A DNA stretch of 64,000 nucleotides from Rickettsiales bacterium (GTDB taxonomy: Bacteria > Pseudomonadota > Alphaproteobacteria > Rickettsiales > Rickettsiaceae), in the NCBI GenBank assembly GCA_947456795.1, contig CANGTI010000001.1:74900-138899 (forward strand), read 5' to 3'. Position numbers and translations under genes: made by a program. Of this stretch, positions 48,928 to 58,496 are shown piece after piece. Under the pieces are notes generated by a model. It saw only the letters and a list, made by a program, of their open reading frames with translations, searched no databases and was not told where the DNA came from. Numbering within the stretch: position 1 is the stretch's first letter; every line of letters begins with the position of its first letter.

Positions 48928-49054
48928 ACGAAGTGTTCTGCAATAGGCAGGTAATATAATGTATAGATAGGAGGCTCTTGCTATTTTTCTATGAATCGTC
49001 TAAAAGGATCAATACGCTCCTTCTGTGTACTGACTTTATACAAGATTTAATTTT

Positions 49055-50077
49055 ATGGAATCATCTTTGAACCGCATGATTGCCGAGTTTGTAGATCGTA
49101 TCAATCAAACCTTTGGTACTCGTATACGCCCTCCTGTTGGTATTAAGCCTGTTATTGGGATTATTTTGACCTCATTTTTATTTGTTTGGCTTGCATCGGG
49201 TGTTTTTCAAATCGAAGAAGGTTCGGGTGGGGCTGTGATGAGGTTCGGTCAATTTGTTCGTATAGCTGGTCCTGGATTGAATTATCATCTTCCCTCTCCT
49301 TTTGAAAGTGTAATCAAAGAAAAGATTTCTTATTCTCGTCGTGTGGAGATTGGCTATAGATCTGGTTTAGACGAAGGAATGCGCTACGTTCCTGAAGAAA
49401 GCAACATATTGACTAGCGATGAGAACATCGTGCGTCTAAAGTGCGATGTCACGTGGCATATAGAAGATTTGTCTTCTTTCGTTTTTAACGTAAGGGATAC
49501 TAATTCTGCTATCAGGCATATTGCGCAAAGTGCAGTCAGAGAAGTAATAAGCGAAACACCAATTTCCGATATTTTGTCTAATAAAAAGCAAGAAATAGGA
49601 AATAAAATTGAGATTCTGACTCAGCGTATTGTTGATAATTATGGTGCAGGTATTCGTATAGAAAAGGTGCATTTACTTGCAGCCGAGCCTCCAGCAGAAG
49701 TTATTAATGCCTACAGAGATGTGCAAAGCTCTAGAGCTGATAAGGAAAGAGAGATTAATCAAGCCCAAGCCTATTGGAACGACACCGTGACAAGAGCAAA
49801 AGGGGAAGCTACAAAAATTATGCAAAATGCCGAAGGTTTGAGCCAAGAATCTGTTTCTCACGCTTTAGGAGATACAAAAAGGTTTGAAGAAGTTTTAGTG
49901 CAGTACAGACGTTCTAAAGATATTACTAGACGTAGAATATACCTTGAAACGGTTGAGCGGATACTTTCTGGTAATCATAAGATTGTCGTGGATGGCAAAG
50001 TCTTACCGCATTTGCCTTTGGGAAAAAATTTAAAGAAAAACGATATTTTGGGGCATACATCTCAAAGTATCGAGTAA
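49055..50077 (+). CDS. hflK: FtsH protease modulator HflK
   Basis: 340 aa. TM anchor plus an SPFH/band-7 domain, immediately upstream of hflC. Confidence 0.9.
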   Translation: MESSLNRMIAEFVDRINQTFGTRIRPPVGIKPVIGIILTSFLFVWLASGVFQIEEGSGGAVMRFGQFVRIAGPGLNYHLPSPFESVIKEKISYSRRVEIGYRSGLDEGMRYVPEESNILTSDENIVRLKCDVTWHIEDLSSFVFNVRDTNSAIRHIAQSAVREVISETPISDILSNKKQEIGNKIEILTQRIVDNYGAGIRIEKVHLLAAEPPAEVINAYRDVQSSRADKEREINQAQAYWNDTVTRAKGEATKIMQNAEGLSQESVSHALGDTKRFEEVLVQYRRSKDITRRRIYLETVERILSGNHKIVVDGKVLPHLPLGKNLKKNDILGHTSQSIE

Positions 50078-50136
50078 ACTATGGTGTATGAAGGCATTAT
50101 GAATTTTTGTTTAACAATATAGATGGTATTTAAATA

Positions 50137-50997
50137 GTGATTAAGAGCTTGTATATTTGGCTATTTCTAGCCTTTTTGAGTTTGGCTGCCATTAGCAATA
50201 GTTTTGTCATAGTAGACGAACGTCAAACTGCTGTTGTTTTTCAATTTGGTAAAGCTGTAAGGCAAATAGAAAAACCAGGTCTATATTATAAGGTGCCTTT
50301 TATACAGTCTGTGCATTCCTATGAAAAAAGGCTTTTTTGCATACCAATTGCTGCAAAAGAGTTGACAGCTTCGGATAGCAAAAGAGTGATAATCGACGCA
50401 TTTGCATATTTGCGTATAGTTGATCCTACAGTATTTTATAAATCAGTTTTCTCTTATGATGAGGCAAAAACTAAGGTTTGTTCTCGTCTTGAGTCATCTA
50501 TAAGAAAAGTGATTGGTCGTCATTCACTTGCGAATTTGTTATCCTCTGCAAGGGGAGGCATTATGCAAGAGATATCAATGTTGCTCAATGCTGAGGTTGA
50601 AGATTTCGGAATGAAGGTGGTGGATGTGCGTATTTCAAGAGCAGATCTGCCTCAAGAAAACAGTGCTGCTATTTGCAATAGGATGCAAACTGCAAGAGAG
50701 CAAGAAGCAAGAGGCATAAGGGCCGAAGGTAGTGCTGAGGCTGCTCGTATTATTTCAGAGGCCGATAAAACAAAGAAAATTCTTCTAGCAGAGGCTTATG
50801 CTAAAAGCGAGTTAATTAAAGGACAGGGAGAGGCAAAGGCTTCAGAGATCTATAATAAAAGCTATTCTCAGGATGAAGAGTTTTTTTACTTCTATAGATT
50901 AATGCAAACTTATGACAAAGTTTTTGGAGACGGCAATGCTCAATTTATTGTCTCCCCTAACAGTGGTTTTATGAAATCTCTAAAATTAGGAGAGTAA
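50137..50997 (+). CDS. hflC: FtsH protease modulator HflC
   Basis: 286 aa. N-terminal anchor, then FVIVDERQTAVVFQFGK and an SPFH domain. GTG start. Confidence 0.9.
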   Translation: MIKSLYIWLFLAFLSLAAISNSFVIVDERQTAVVFQFGKAVRQIEKPGLYYKVPFIQSVHSYEKRLFCIPIAAKELTASDSKRVIIDAFAYLRIVDPTVFYKSVFSYDEAKTKVCSRLESSIRKVIGRHSLANLLSSARGGIMQEISMLLNAEVEDFGMKVVDVRISRADLPQENSAAICNRMQTAREQEARGIRAEGSAEAARIISEADKTKKILLAEAYAKSELIKGQGEAKASEIYNKSYSQDEEFFYFYRLMQTYDKVFGDGNAQFIVSPNSGFMKSLKLGE

Positions 50998-50998
50998 A

Positions 50999-52438
50999 TT
51001 GGATATGCGTTTGGGAGCTTTATTAATACCTTTTTTTCTAAGCTTTTTCTGTTCAACTGGATTTGCAAGTGCTGTTCCTATTTTAACCTCAAAGGTGCTT
51101 GGGGGTTCTCTTGCAGATGTTGTAGAGCCTTTGGTGCCAGCTGTTGTCAACATAAGCGTTACACGATATCCAGATGCCAATGCCAGTAAAAAACATTACG
51201 AAAACAATGAAGATCAAGATGAGCTTTTTGAGTGGTTTGACAGACTAATTCGTCCTTTTGCCAGCGTTCCTAAGATTCAGCGTTCAGGCTCTGGATTTTT
51301 GATTACTGAAAGTGGGTATATTGTAACCAATAACCACGTGATAGATAAGGCTGACGAAATAAATGTAAGCATTAGTGGGGTAAGTCCAAAAGCTTTTAAA
51401 GCTCGTGTTATTGGAGTGGATAAAATGACAGATCTGGCTGTTCTAAAGATCGATTACAAGGGGTCTTTGCCTTACGTGAAATTTGGAGATTCAAATCTTT
51501 TGAGAGTTGGAGATCCTCTCATTGTAATAGGCAATCCTTTTGGTCTAGGGGGTACTGTCACTTGTGGCATTGTCTCAAATAAGTCCAGAAATATAGACCT
51601 AGACTCTGACTCTAATGTTCTTGGCGGTTTTATACAGACTGATGCTGCTATTAACAAAGGAAACTCTGGAGGGCCAATGTTTAATATGTCTGGAGAGGTT
51701 GTAGGGGTAAATTTTGCCATTTTTTCTCCTTCTGGGGCACACGCGGGCATAGGCTTTGCAATTCCCTCTTCTTATGCCAAAAGTATAGTAGAGCAGTTGA
51801 TGCAAAAAGGAAAAATTGAAAGAGGTGCTTTAAGCATTCACATAGACAATGTTACTGAAGATCTTGCGGATGCAATTGGAAAGAAAAATTTAACTGGAGT
51901 TTTGGTGCGTAGCGTGATTCCAGATGGAGCTGGTTTTAAAGCTGGTCTTAAGTCTGGAGACATTATCATCAAGTTTGCAGATCAAGAGATAACGAGTGCT
52001 CAGCAATTAAGAACTCTAGTATTTGACTGTAAGCTTAACTCAATAGTTAAGATAGGGATTTTGCGCAATGGAGAAGGGAAAGAGCTGACTGTGCGCATTA
52101 CAGCATCTGTAAATGAACGTGTTGCTCTCAAGAATCACAAAATAGACCTTAAAGGCGCAATAGAGCATAACGGAGTTGTCTTTTCTAACGAAGGGCCTTC
52201 TGATGAGCTTTCCAAAAGAGAAAAAGGCATAGTAGTGCGTAGAGTAGATGCGCATTCACAATGGAAGATGTTACACAGAGGAGATCGAATAATTGCTGTT
52301 ATCGGTACCTCTGAAATAGAAAATATTGTGCAGTGGATTAAGCTCTATGATCAGGCAAAATCTTTAGGAAGAAAGTATCTTGCTGTTTTGATTAATAGAA
52401 AAGGTATAGTTTTATGGATGAAATTGCCCATCATCTAA
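50999..52438 (+). CDS. htrA: Do/DegP/HtrA-family periplasmic serine endoprotease with two PDZ domains
   Basis: Signal peptide, TNNHV, DLAVLKI and GNSGGPM catalytic triad contexts, and two PDZ-like segments. The start is TTG at 50999 (6 nt after AGGAG) or ATG at 51005. Confidence 0.9.
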   Translation: MDMRLGALLIPFFLSFFCSTGFASAVPILTSKVLGGSLADVVEPLVPAVVNISVTRYPDANASKKHYENNEDQDELFEWFDRLIRPFASVPKIQRSGSGFLITESGYIVTNNHVIDKADEINVSISGVSPKAFKARVIGVDKMTDLAVLKIDYKGSLPYVKFGDSNLLRVGDPLIVIGNPFGLGGTVTCGIVSNKSRNIDLDSDSNVLGGFIQTDAAINKGNSGGPMFNMSGEVVGVNFAIFSPSGAHAGIGFAIPSSYAKSIVEQLMQKGKIERGALSIHIDNVTEDLADAIGKKNLTGVLVRSVIPDGAGFKAGLKSGDIIIKFADQEITSAQQLRTLVFDCKLNSIVKIGILRNGEGKELTVRITASVNERVALKNHKIDLKGAIEHNGVVFSNEGPSDELSKREKGIVVRRVDAHSQWKMLHRGDRIIAVIGTSEIENIVQWIKLYDQAKSLGRKYLAVLINRKGIVLWMKLPII

Positions 52439-52492
52439 AGATTTGTATCTGATGATAAGAGGCGCTTTTTCTTTATGAAGAGAATGTGATTT

Positions 52493-54547
52493 TTATATTG
52501 TACCCAAGTGGTCTACTGGGTATTTGCTGTATAGCTCTTTATGGCCTAAGACTGTTATCATTGGTTGTATTTTTGCGATCAGATTTCTTACACAGGGGCG
52601 AATTTCGCTACTTGTGAGTATCGATGGCATGAGGCCATCTTTTACGTTTTCGTTTAGCATTTGCTGAGCTTTAGATAGAAATTCACTAAGTTCGGAAGGA
52701 TGCAATACTATTTGTTTTTCTTCTTCTGATTCGTACATATTGTCCAAAAATTTACTTTCCCAGCGATCAGAGATAGCAATGATGGGCAAATGTCCTTTTT
52801 GATCTATATTTTGCGCACAGATTTGTCTTGCGAGCTTAATGCGCACGAATTCTGTTATTGCAGACACGCCTTGCCCTTTTGAAGATATATCTGCCGCACT
52901 TTCTAATATTGTTGCCAGATCTTTTATAGAGATACCTTCTCCAAGAAGTTTGTGTAGTACTTTTTGTAATTTACTTACGTTAATTGCATCTGGAATTGTA
53001 TCTTGAACAAGCTTTCTGTGCGTTTTGCTTGTTTCTTCTAAAAGATTTTGTACATCTGTATAAGAAAGCAGATCAGTGACGTTTTCCTTTATTATCTGAG
53101 TCAGATGAGTACTAATGACGGAAGCGCTATCTAGCACTGTAGCATTGGGTATTTTATTTAAATCTGACTCTTCTATCCATTTTGCGGGTAGTCCAAATGT
53201 TGGTTCTTTGCAATCAATGCCATCTGGCAGGAATTGTCCTGGTGTGATCATTATCATATATTTGTCTGGAAATATTGTTCCAGTTCCAGCAACTATCTCT
53301 TTGACCTTGATTAAGTAGTCGCAGTGACCTATAGAGGTATTATCTTGCAATCTTATTTGGGGCAGAATGAATCCTAATTTAGATGCGGTTTGTTTGCGCA
53401 ACAACTTGATTTTTTTTGCTAAGCTGTGTTTAGATTGAGGAGATGCAATAGATAAAAGTCCTAAACCCAGTTCTACTCTAATCGTATCTAATTTTAGTAC
53501 ATCTGAAATATTATCCTCTGTGGTTTGATGTGGCTGGCTAAATTTTTGAGTTGCAAGAAGCCTTTGTTTTGCAGCAAAAGACAAAAGATATGCAAGCCCA
53601 CCCAGAGCGCTAGAGATCAGAAAAAAGGGAAAAAATGGCAATCCTGGTAGCAAAGCTATGGCCCCACTTAAAGCTGATGCCACGAAGAGAGCTCTAGGTC
53701 TTTTGCCTAACTGACTGAAAAGAGCCTTATCTGAAGATCCTGAATTACTCGCCTTAGTTACGAGTAGACCTGCGGATAGAGAAATAATTACTGATGGAAT
53801 CTGGCAAGTAAGGCCGTCTCCTATTGTCAGTATACTGTATGTTCTAACTGCAACATCAAAAGGTAAATTTCTTTGTACTGTGCCTATTATTATGCCTGCG
53901 ATGATATTGATGAATGTGATTATTACTCCCGCGATTGCATCTCCTCGAACAAATTTATTTGCTCCGTCCATAGATCCATAAAAAGTTGTTTCTTCTTCTA
54001 GATTTTTTCTTTTTATTTTGGCTGTTTGATTGTCAATAAGTCCAGTTGTAAGTTCTGCATCTATAGCCATTTGTTTTCCTGGCATTGCATCCAGGCTAAA
54101 TCTTGCTGCAACTTCTGCAATTCTGCTTGAACCTTTAGTAATGACGACAAAATTTATTATTGTCAAAATCAGAAAAATTATTGCCCCAATTACTACATTT
54201 CCTTGCATTACAAAATGACCAAAAGAGGAAATCACGTGACCTGCGGCTGTGTCTCCCATGTGACCTTGGGCTAAAATTAGCTTTGTAGATGCGACATTTA
54301 AAGAAAGTCTTATTATCGTTGTAATGAGTAACAAACTTGGAAAAACACTGAGTTCTAGGGGCGTTGTAATTAAAAGCGTTGTAACAAGTATGACGAGAGA
54401 AGTGGATATAGAAAATGCCAGCATAATGTCTAGCAAAAATGCTGGAATAGGAAGCAATAAAAATAACAATACAGCTACGATTCCGAGTGCAAGTGCAACG
54501 TCAGTATGTCTTGCGACCTTTTTGCTAAATTCTAGTATTGCTGACAT
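52493..54547 (-). CDS. flhA: flagellar type III export apparatus protein FlhA
   Basis: 684 aa. Typical N-terminal TM region (FPSLLLITTIIRLSLNVASTKLIL, FVRGDAIAG) and a cytoplasmic C-terminal domain. Confidence 0.95.
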   Translation of the reverse strand: MSAILEFSKKVARHTDVALALGIVAVLLFLLLPIPAFLLDIMLAFSISTSLVILVTTLLITTPLELSVFPSLLLITTIIRLSLNVASTKLILAQGHMGDTAAGHVISSFGHFVMQGNVVIGAIIFLILTIINFVVITKGSSRIAEVAARFSLDAMPGKQMAIDAELTTGLIDNQTAKIKRKNLEEETTFYGSMDGANKFVRGDAIAGVIITFINIIAGIIIGTVQRNLPFDVAVRTYSILTIGDGLTCQIPSVIISLSAGLLVTKASNSGSSDKALFSQLGKRPRALFVASALSGAIALLPGLPFFPFFLISSALGGLAYLLSFAAKQRLLATQKFSQPHQTTEDNISDVLKLDTIRVELGLGLLSIASPQSKHSLAKKIKLLRKQTASKLGFILPQIRLQDNTSIGHCDYLIKVKEIVAGTGTIFPDKYMIMITPGQFLPDGIDCKEPTFGLPAKWIEESDLNKIPNATVLDSASVISTHLTQIIKENVTDLLSYTDVQNLLEETSKTHRKLVQDTIPDAINVSKLQKVLHKLLGEGISIKDLATILESAADISSKGQGVSAITEFVRIKLARQICAQNIDQKGHLPIIAISDRWESKFLDNMYESEEEKQIVLHPSELSEFLSKAQQMLNENVKDGLMPSILTSSEIRPCVRNLIAKIQPMITVLGHKELYSKYPVDHLGTI

Positions 54548-54563
54548 TTGGGAGTAAATAAGT

Positions 54564-57188
54564 TTAGAAAGTGAGCTTTTGTTTGACTAAGCAGAGTAAA
54601 TCCAGGCTCTGAAAATCTTTCGTACTTACTCCTGTTTGGGCTGCAATTTTGTTGCCCCCTCCTTTGGTTTGAAAAATTTGACAAATAATGCCAATTAATT
54701 TCAATGCATCTATTTCTTTACAAATGGCCTCATTTACTGAAGTAATGATTGTGCTTTTTTCCTGATTTTTAGAGATAAAAATTACGATTGCATTGTCTTT
54801 GTTTTCAGCGCTCCTAATAGCACTTTCTTTTAAAATTTGCACATCTACTTGATTAAACACTTCGTATAGCAAGGTTGCGTTGTTTACATTAACTCCCTTA
54901 GAAGCAATTTTATCTGTGCTCCATACTAAAAGCTCTGTTTGCAGTTTTTTGTTTATATTTAATAAATGCGTATTATTGCTTGCTAGATTATATATCTTTT
55001 CTCTAATTTCATTGAATGAGCATCCTAGTTGATCTGCAATGTGTTTTATTAGAGAGTCACTTTTTTGATGATTGAGTAATGCATATTTACCCGTGACTGC
55101 CTCTATTCTACGTATGCCTGAGGCCACACTAGATTCGGATGTAATTTTGAACCCCCCTATTTCTCCTGTATTATTTACGTGCGTTCCTCCACATAACTCT
55201 TTTGAGTAGTGTTGATCTTCTTTTGCGATTGAAATTACTCTTACTTCTTTTTCATATTTTTCACCAAATAGGGCCGTTGCACCTTCTTTAAATGCGTCTT
55301 CCAGAGGCATATATTTTTGCAATACGGGCAAATTTTGCATCACTATTTCGTTTAACTTATTTTCTATTGCTATTATTTCAGATTGAGATAAAGGTTTTGC
55401 ATAGTTAAAGTCGAAACGAAGACGATCATGCGCAACCAGCGAGCCTTTCTGTGTGATTGTGTCTTTTAATTGTGATATGAGTACCGCTTGCAATAGGTGC
55501 GTGGCAGAGTGATTTTTGGCAACTGATTTTCTGTAATCTAAATCAATTTGTAATGTAAGTTCTTGGCCTGCTTCAATTACTCCCTGCTCTAACATTACTG
55601 TGTGTACGTGTACCTTATTAAGTATTTTTTTTGTATCTACAACTTTGATCAATACATTATCTGCAAACATTGTGCCTATATCTCCTACTTGTCCTCCAGA
55701 CTCTGCGTAAAAAGGCGTAATGTCTGTGACTAAGAAAAATGTATCTTCTTGGGCAGTGAGAGATTTATGAATTTGGTTGTCTTTTACAAGTGCTAGGATT
55801 TTTCCTTGGACAGTGCCGTGCTGCGTAAATTGAGAAGGTCCCCAGGTGTTTAATATTTCAAACCATAATGATTCGGATTTTTGAGTAAATACGCCCTCTT
55901 TTCTTGCTCTTTCTTGCTGCTGTTTCATTAATGTTTCGAATTCATTTTGATCAACGCTAATATCTTGTTCTTGCATGATTGATTGCGTGAGGTCTAGAGG
56001 GAATCCGTATGTATCGTATAATTCGAAGGCTATTTTGCCAGAAAGAGTTTTGACATTTTTGGAGACTTTATCCAGCACTCCTAAACCTTTTTTTAGGGTA
56101 TTTTCAAATCCTTGAGATTCTTGTTCTATTGTAGATAAGATGAGGTCTTTAGCTCTTGCAATTTCTGGATAATCTTGATGCATTAGAGATATGGTTTGAG
56201 TAGCAAGCATTTGTAGTATCGACTGTTTTGCACCAAGTTGATATTCGTACCTCATTGCTCTTCTCATTATTCTTCTTAGTACATATCCTCTGCCTTCGTT
56301 AGAAGGAAGTATTCCGTCTGCAATAAGAAATGCTACTGATCTTGCGTGATCACTGATGATTTTATAGGCAATCTTTTCTTTGCCTTGGTAAGGTTTTTTT
56401 GCAATTTCTTGTGCAAGGCCTATAAGATTGGCAAATAAATCACTTTGATAAGTATCAGATACTCCTTGGATAACAGATGCCATACGCTCTATACCCATAC
56501 CAGTATCGATAGATTTTTGCTTAAGCTCTTTTTTAGTATTTAAATCTATTTGTGCAAACTGCATGAATACTATATTCCATATTTCTACATACCTTTCTCC
56601 GTCTTGCTCTTTGCTTCCTGGCACACCTCCTTGCAGATGTGGACCGTGATCATAAAAAATTTCAGAGCAAGGACCACATGGCCCAGTGTCACCCATTGAC
56701 CAAAAATTATCATTTGTATGAATTTTGATTATTTTTTCCTCTGTAAAGCCAGTGAGTTTTTTCCAAATATCGTAAGATTCTTGATCGGTGTAGTGTACCG
56801 TAATCAGTAATTTTGCTGGGGGTAATGAGTAAACTTTAGTAAGCAGTTCCCACGCATAGACAATTGCAGATTCCTTAAAATAATCGCCAAAAGAGAAGTT
56901 ACCAAGCATTTCAAAAAAAGTGTGATGCCTATTGGTATGGCCAACATTTTCTAAATCGTTGTGTTTGCCACCTGCTCTTATGCATTTTTGATGCGTCACA
57001 GCTTTTTTTATTGTTGTATTTTCCTGTCCTGTAAAAATATCTTTAAATTGTACCATTCCAGAGTTTACAAACATTAAGGAAGGATCATTTATGGGTATTA
57101 AAGGACTATAAGGTAGGTGTATATGATTTTTGTTTTTGAAGAAATCAATGAATGTATTGCGAATATTTTGAGTTGTTTTGTCTTGCAT
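54564..57188 (-). CDS. alaS: alanine--tRNA ligase
   Basis: 874 aa. FTNSGMVQFK-like VNSGMVQFKD, HHTFFEMLGNFSFGDYFK, editing-domain HSATHLL and CGGTHV motifs. Confidence 0.95.
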   Translation of the reverse strand: MQDKTTQNIRNTFIDFFKNKNHIHLPYSPLIPINDPSLMFVNSGMVQFKDIFTGQENTTIKKAVTHQKCIRAGGKHNDLENVGHTNRHHTFFEMLGNFSFGDYFKESAIVYAWELLTKVYSLPPAKLLITVHYTDQESYDIWKKLTGFTEEKIIKIHTNDNFWSMGDTGPCGPCSEIFYDHGPHLQGGVPGSKEQDGERYVEIWNIVFMQFAQIDLNTKKELKQKSIDTGMGIERMASVIQGVSDTYQSDLFANLIGLAQEIAKKPYQGKEKIAYKIISDHARSVAFLIADGILPSNEGRGYVLRRIMRRAMRYEYQLGAKQSILQMLATQTISLMHQDYPEIARAKDLILSTIEQESQGFENTLKKGLGVLDKVSKNVKTLSGKIAFELYDTYGFPLDLTQSIMQEQDISVDQNEFETLMKQQQERARKEGVFTQKSESLWFEILNTWGPSQFTQHGTVQGKILALVKDNQIHKSLTAQEDTFFLVTDITPFYAESGGQVGDIGTMFADNVLIKVVDTKKILNKVHVHTVMLEQGVIEAGQELTLQIDLDYRKSVAKNHSATHLLQAVLISQLKDTITQKGSLVAHDRLRFDFNYAKPLSQSEIIAIENKLNEIVMQNLPVLQKYMPLEDAFKEGATALFGEKYEKEVRVISIAKEDQHYSKELCGGTHVNNTGEIGGFKITSESSVASGIRRIEAVTGKYALLNHQKSDSLIKHIADQLGCSFNEIREKIYNLASNNTHLLNINKKLQTELLVWSTDKIASKGVNVNNATLLYEVFNQVDVQILKESAIRSAENKDNAIVIFISKNQEKSTIITSVNEAICKEIDALKLIGIICQIFQTKGGGNKIAAQTGVSTKDFQSLDLLCLVKQKLTF

Positions 57189-57394
57189 GAGGCAAAAAGG
57201 TCAATAGTCTATTAAACAAATTTATTTGTATCTAAAAAAGATCAGATCAGTATATACCAAACCTTAGAGGAATAAAATTCTGGGTTTTATCTATGAGGAA
57301 ATCATTTGATTCATCTCATTATTGGCTGTAGCGGCTTTTAAGCCAAAAGTGGTAGATCTTTTTTAAAAGCAAATGTAGAATGATCTTCTTAGAT

Positions 57395-57469
57395 GCGGGT
57401 GTAGCTCAGTGGTAGAGCGTAACCTTGCCAAGGTTAAGGCCGTGGGTTCGATACCCATCACCCGCTCCA
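57395..57469 (+). tRNA. tRNA-Gly (anticodon GCC), CCA encoded
   Basis: Acceptor GCGGGTG/CACCCGC, anticodon stem TAACC/GGTTA with loop TTGCCAA, T-arm GTGGG-TTCGATA-CCCAT. Confidence 0.9.
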
Positions 57470-57533
57470 GTAATTATCTCTATTGAAAAGTAGAGAGACG
57501 ATTTTTTTATTTTACAGTTTTCAAAGGTTTGCT

Positions 57534-57758
57534 ATGTCTAAAAAGAAAACGCAGCGGTTTTTTATCGGTGCTGGTGAAGACGAGAAAGAAGTAAGGCCTG
57601 CCAAGCTTGTTGGTCTGACGGCTAGTTATATTGGTACTGAGTACCTCAAAAGAGATGCTAAAGGCAAAGAACTAGAATCTGGTTTGTTATTAGACCAAAA
57701 CGACATGCCTGTTTCTTGGTCTTTTGTCAGCAAAATTGCAACACCTAGAAAAGGTTAG
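57534..57758 (+). CDS. small hypothetical protein (74 aa)
   Basis: ATG at 57534 preceded by AAAGG. The track start at 57483 is a TTG only 14 nt after the tRNA and is unlikely. No family recognised. Confidence 0.35.
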   Translation: MSKKKTQRFFIGAGEDEKEVRPAKLVGLTASYIGTEYLKRDAKGKELESGLLLDQNDMPVSWSFVSKIATPRKG

Positions 57759-57932
57759 TGTTAAACTAAATTGTTGGTGTGCCCTACTCAAATTAAGGCA
57801 TTTGCAGAGCCCTTTTGCTCAATGTTTGAGCTAGATATTCTTATAGAAAGCACACAGATGCCTGTTAACAATTACCTATTTTTTTATCATTTAGGTAAGT
57901 TTGATAGAAGCATCTGTGTTCTAGGGGGAGCT

Positions 57933-58361
57933 TTATGTATGGCTTTTTAGTATTTCAGTTTTAGCAAAGAAGATAGATATCTCTCTTTCTGCTGAAGTTT
58001 GGCTATCTGATCCGTGGACAAAGTTAGCGTCAAGGCTTTCCCCTAGATCTCCTCTAATTGTTCCTTTTTCAGCATTTTTTGGATCTGTGGCGCCCATGAT
58101 CTTTCTATTTAATGCTATGGCATCTTCTCCTTCTAATACCATCACAATAACAGGACCTGAAATGATATTATTGATCAGGCCTGGAAAAAAGCCTTTTTGA
58201 CTATGTTCTGCATAAAAAACTTGCGCTTGAGCAGTAGTAATATTGATCATTTTCATAGCAAGCATTTTTAGTCCTGCATTTTCTAAATATGTAAGGACTT
58301 TTCCTGCCGCCGCCGCTCTGATTGCTTCCGGTTTTATTATAGATAAAGTGTGTTGTATCAT
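57933..58361 (-). CDS. ndk: nucleoside-diphosphate kinase
   Basis: 142 aa. TLSIIKPEA and NFVHGSDS (active-site His) motifs. Confidence 0.95.
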   Translation of the reverse strand: MIQHTLSIIKPEAIRAAAAGKVLTYLENAGLKMLAMKMINITTAQAQVFYAEHSQKGFFPGLINNIISGPVIVMVLEGEDAIALNRKIMGATDPKNAEKGTIRGDLGESLDANFVHGSDSQTSAEREISIFFAKTEILKSHT

Positions 58362-58496
58362 CGTACTAATTTAAGTTTTAATTGAGAAAGTAAATAGGGT
58401 ATTGTAACTTGCATGATTTTTAAAGACTTTTGTGGCTGTGCTAGAATTATCAGAGCAATAAATGCTTGAATCAGTTTAGATTTTCACTTTTAGTGT

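Noticed and set aside
48956-48965. dif-like string ATAATGTATA upstream of the Mrp gene
   Set aside because: Only the XerC-arm end and central region resemble dif. The expected XerD arm (TTATGTTAAAT-like) is replaced by GATAGGAGGCT. A 10-mer of this composition is expected by chance in AT-rich DNA.
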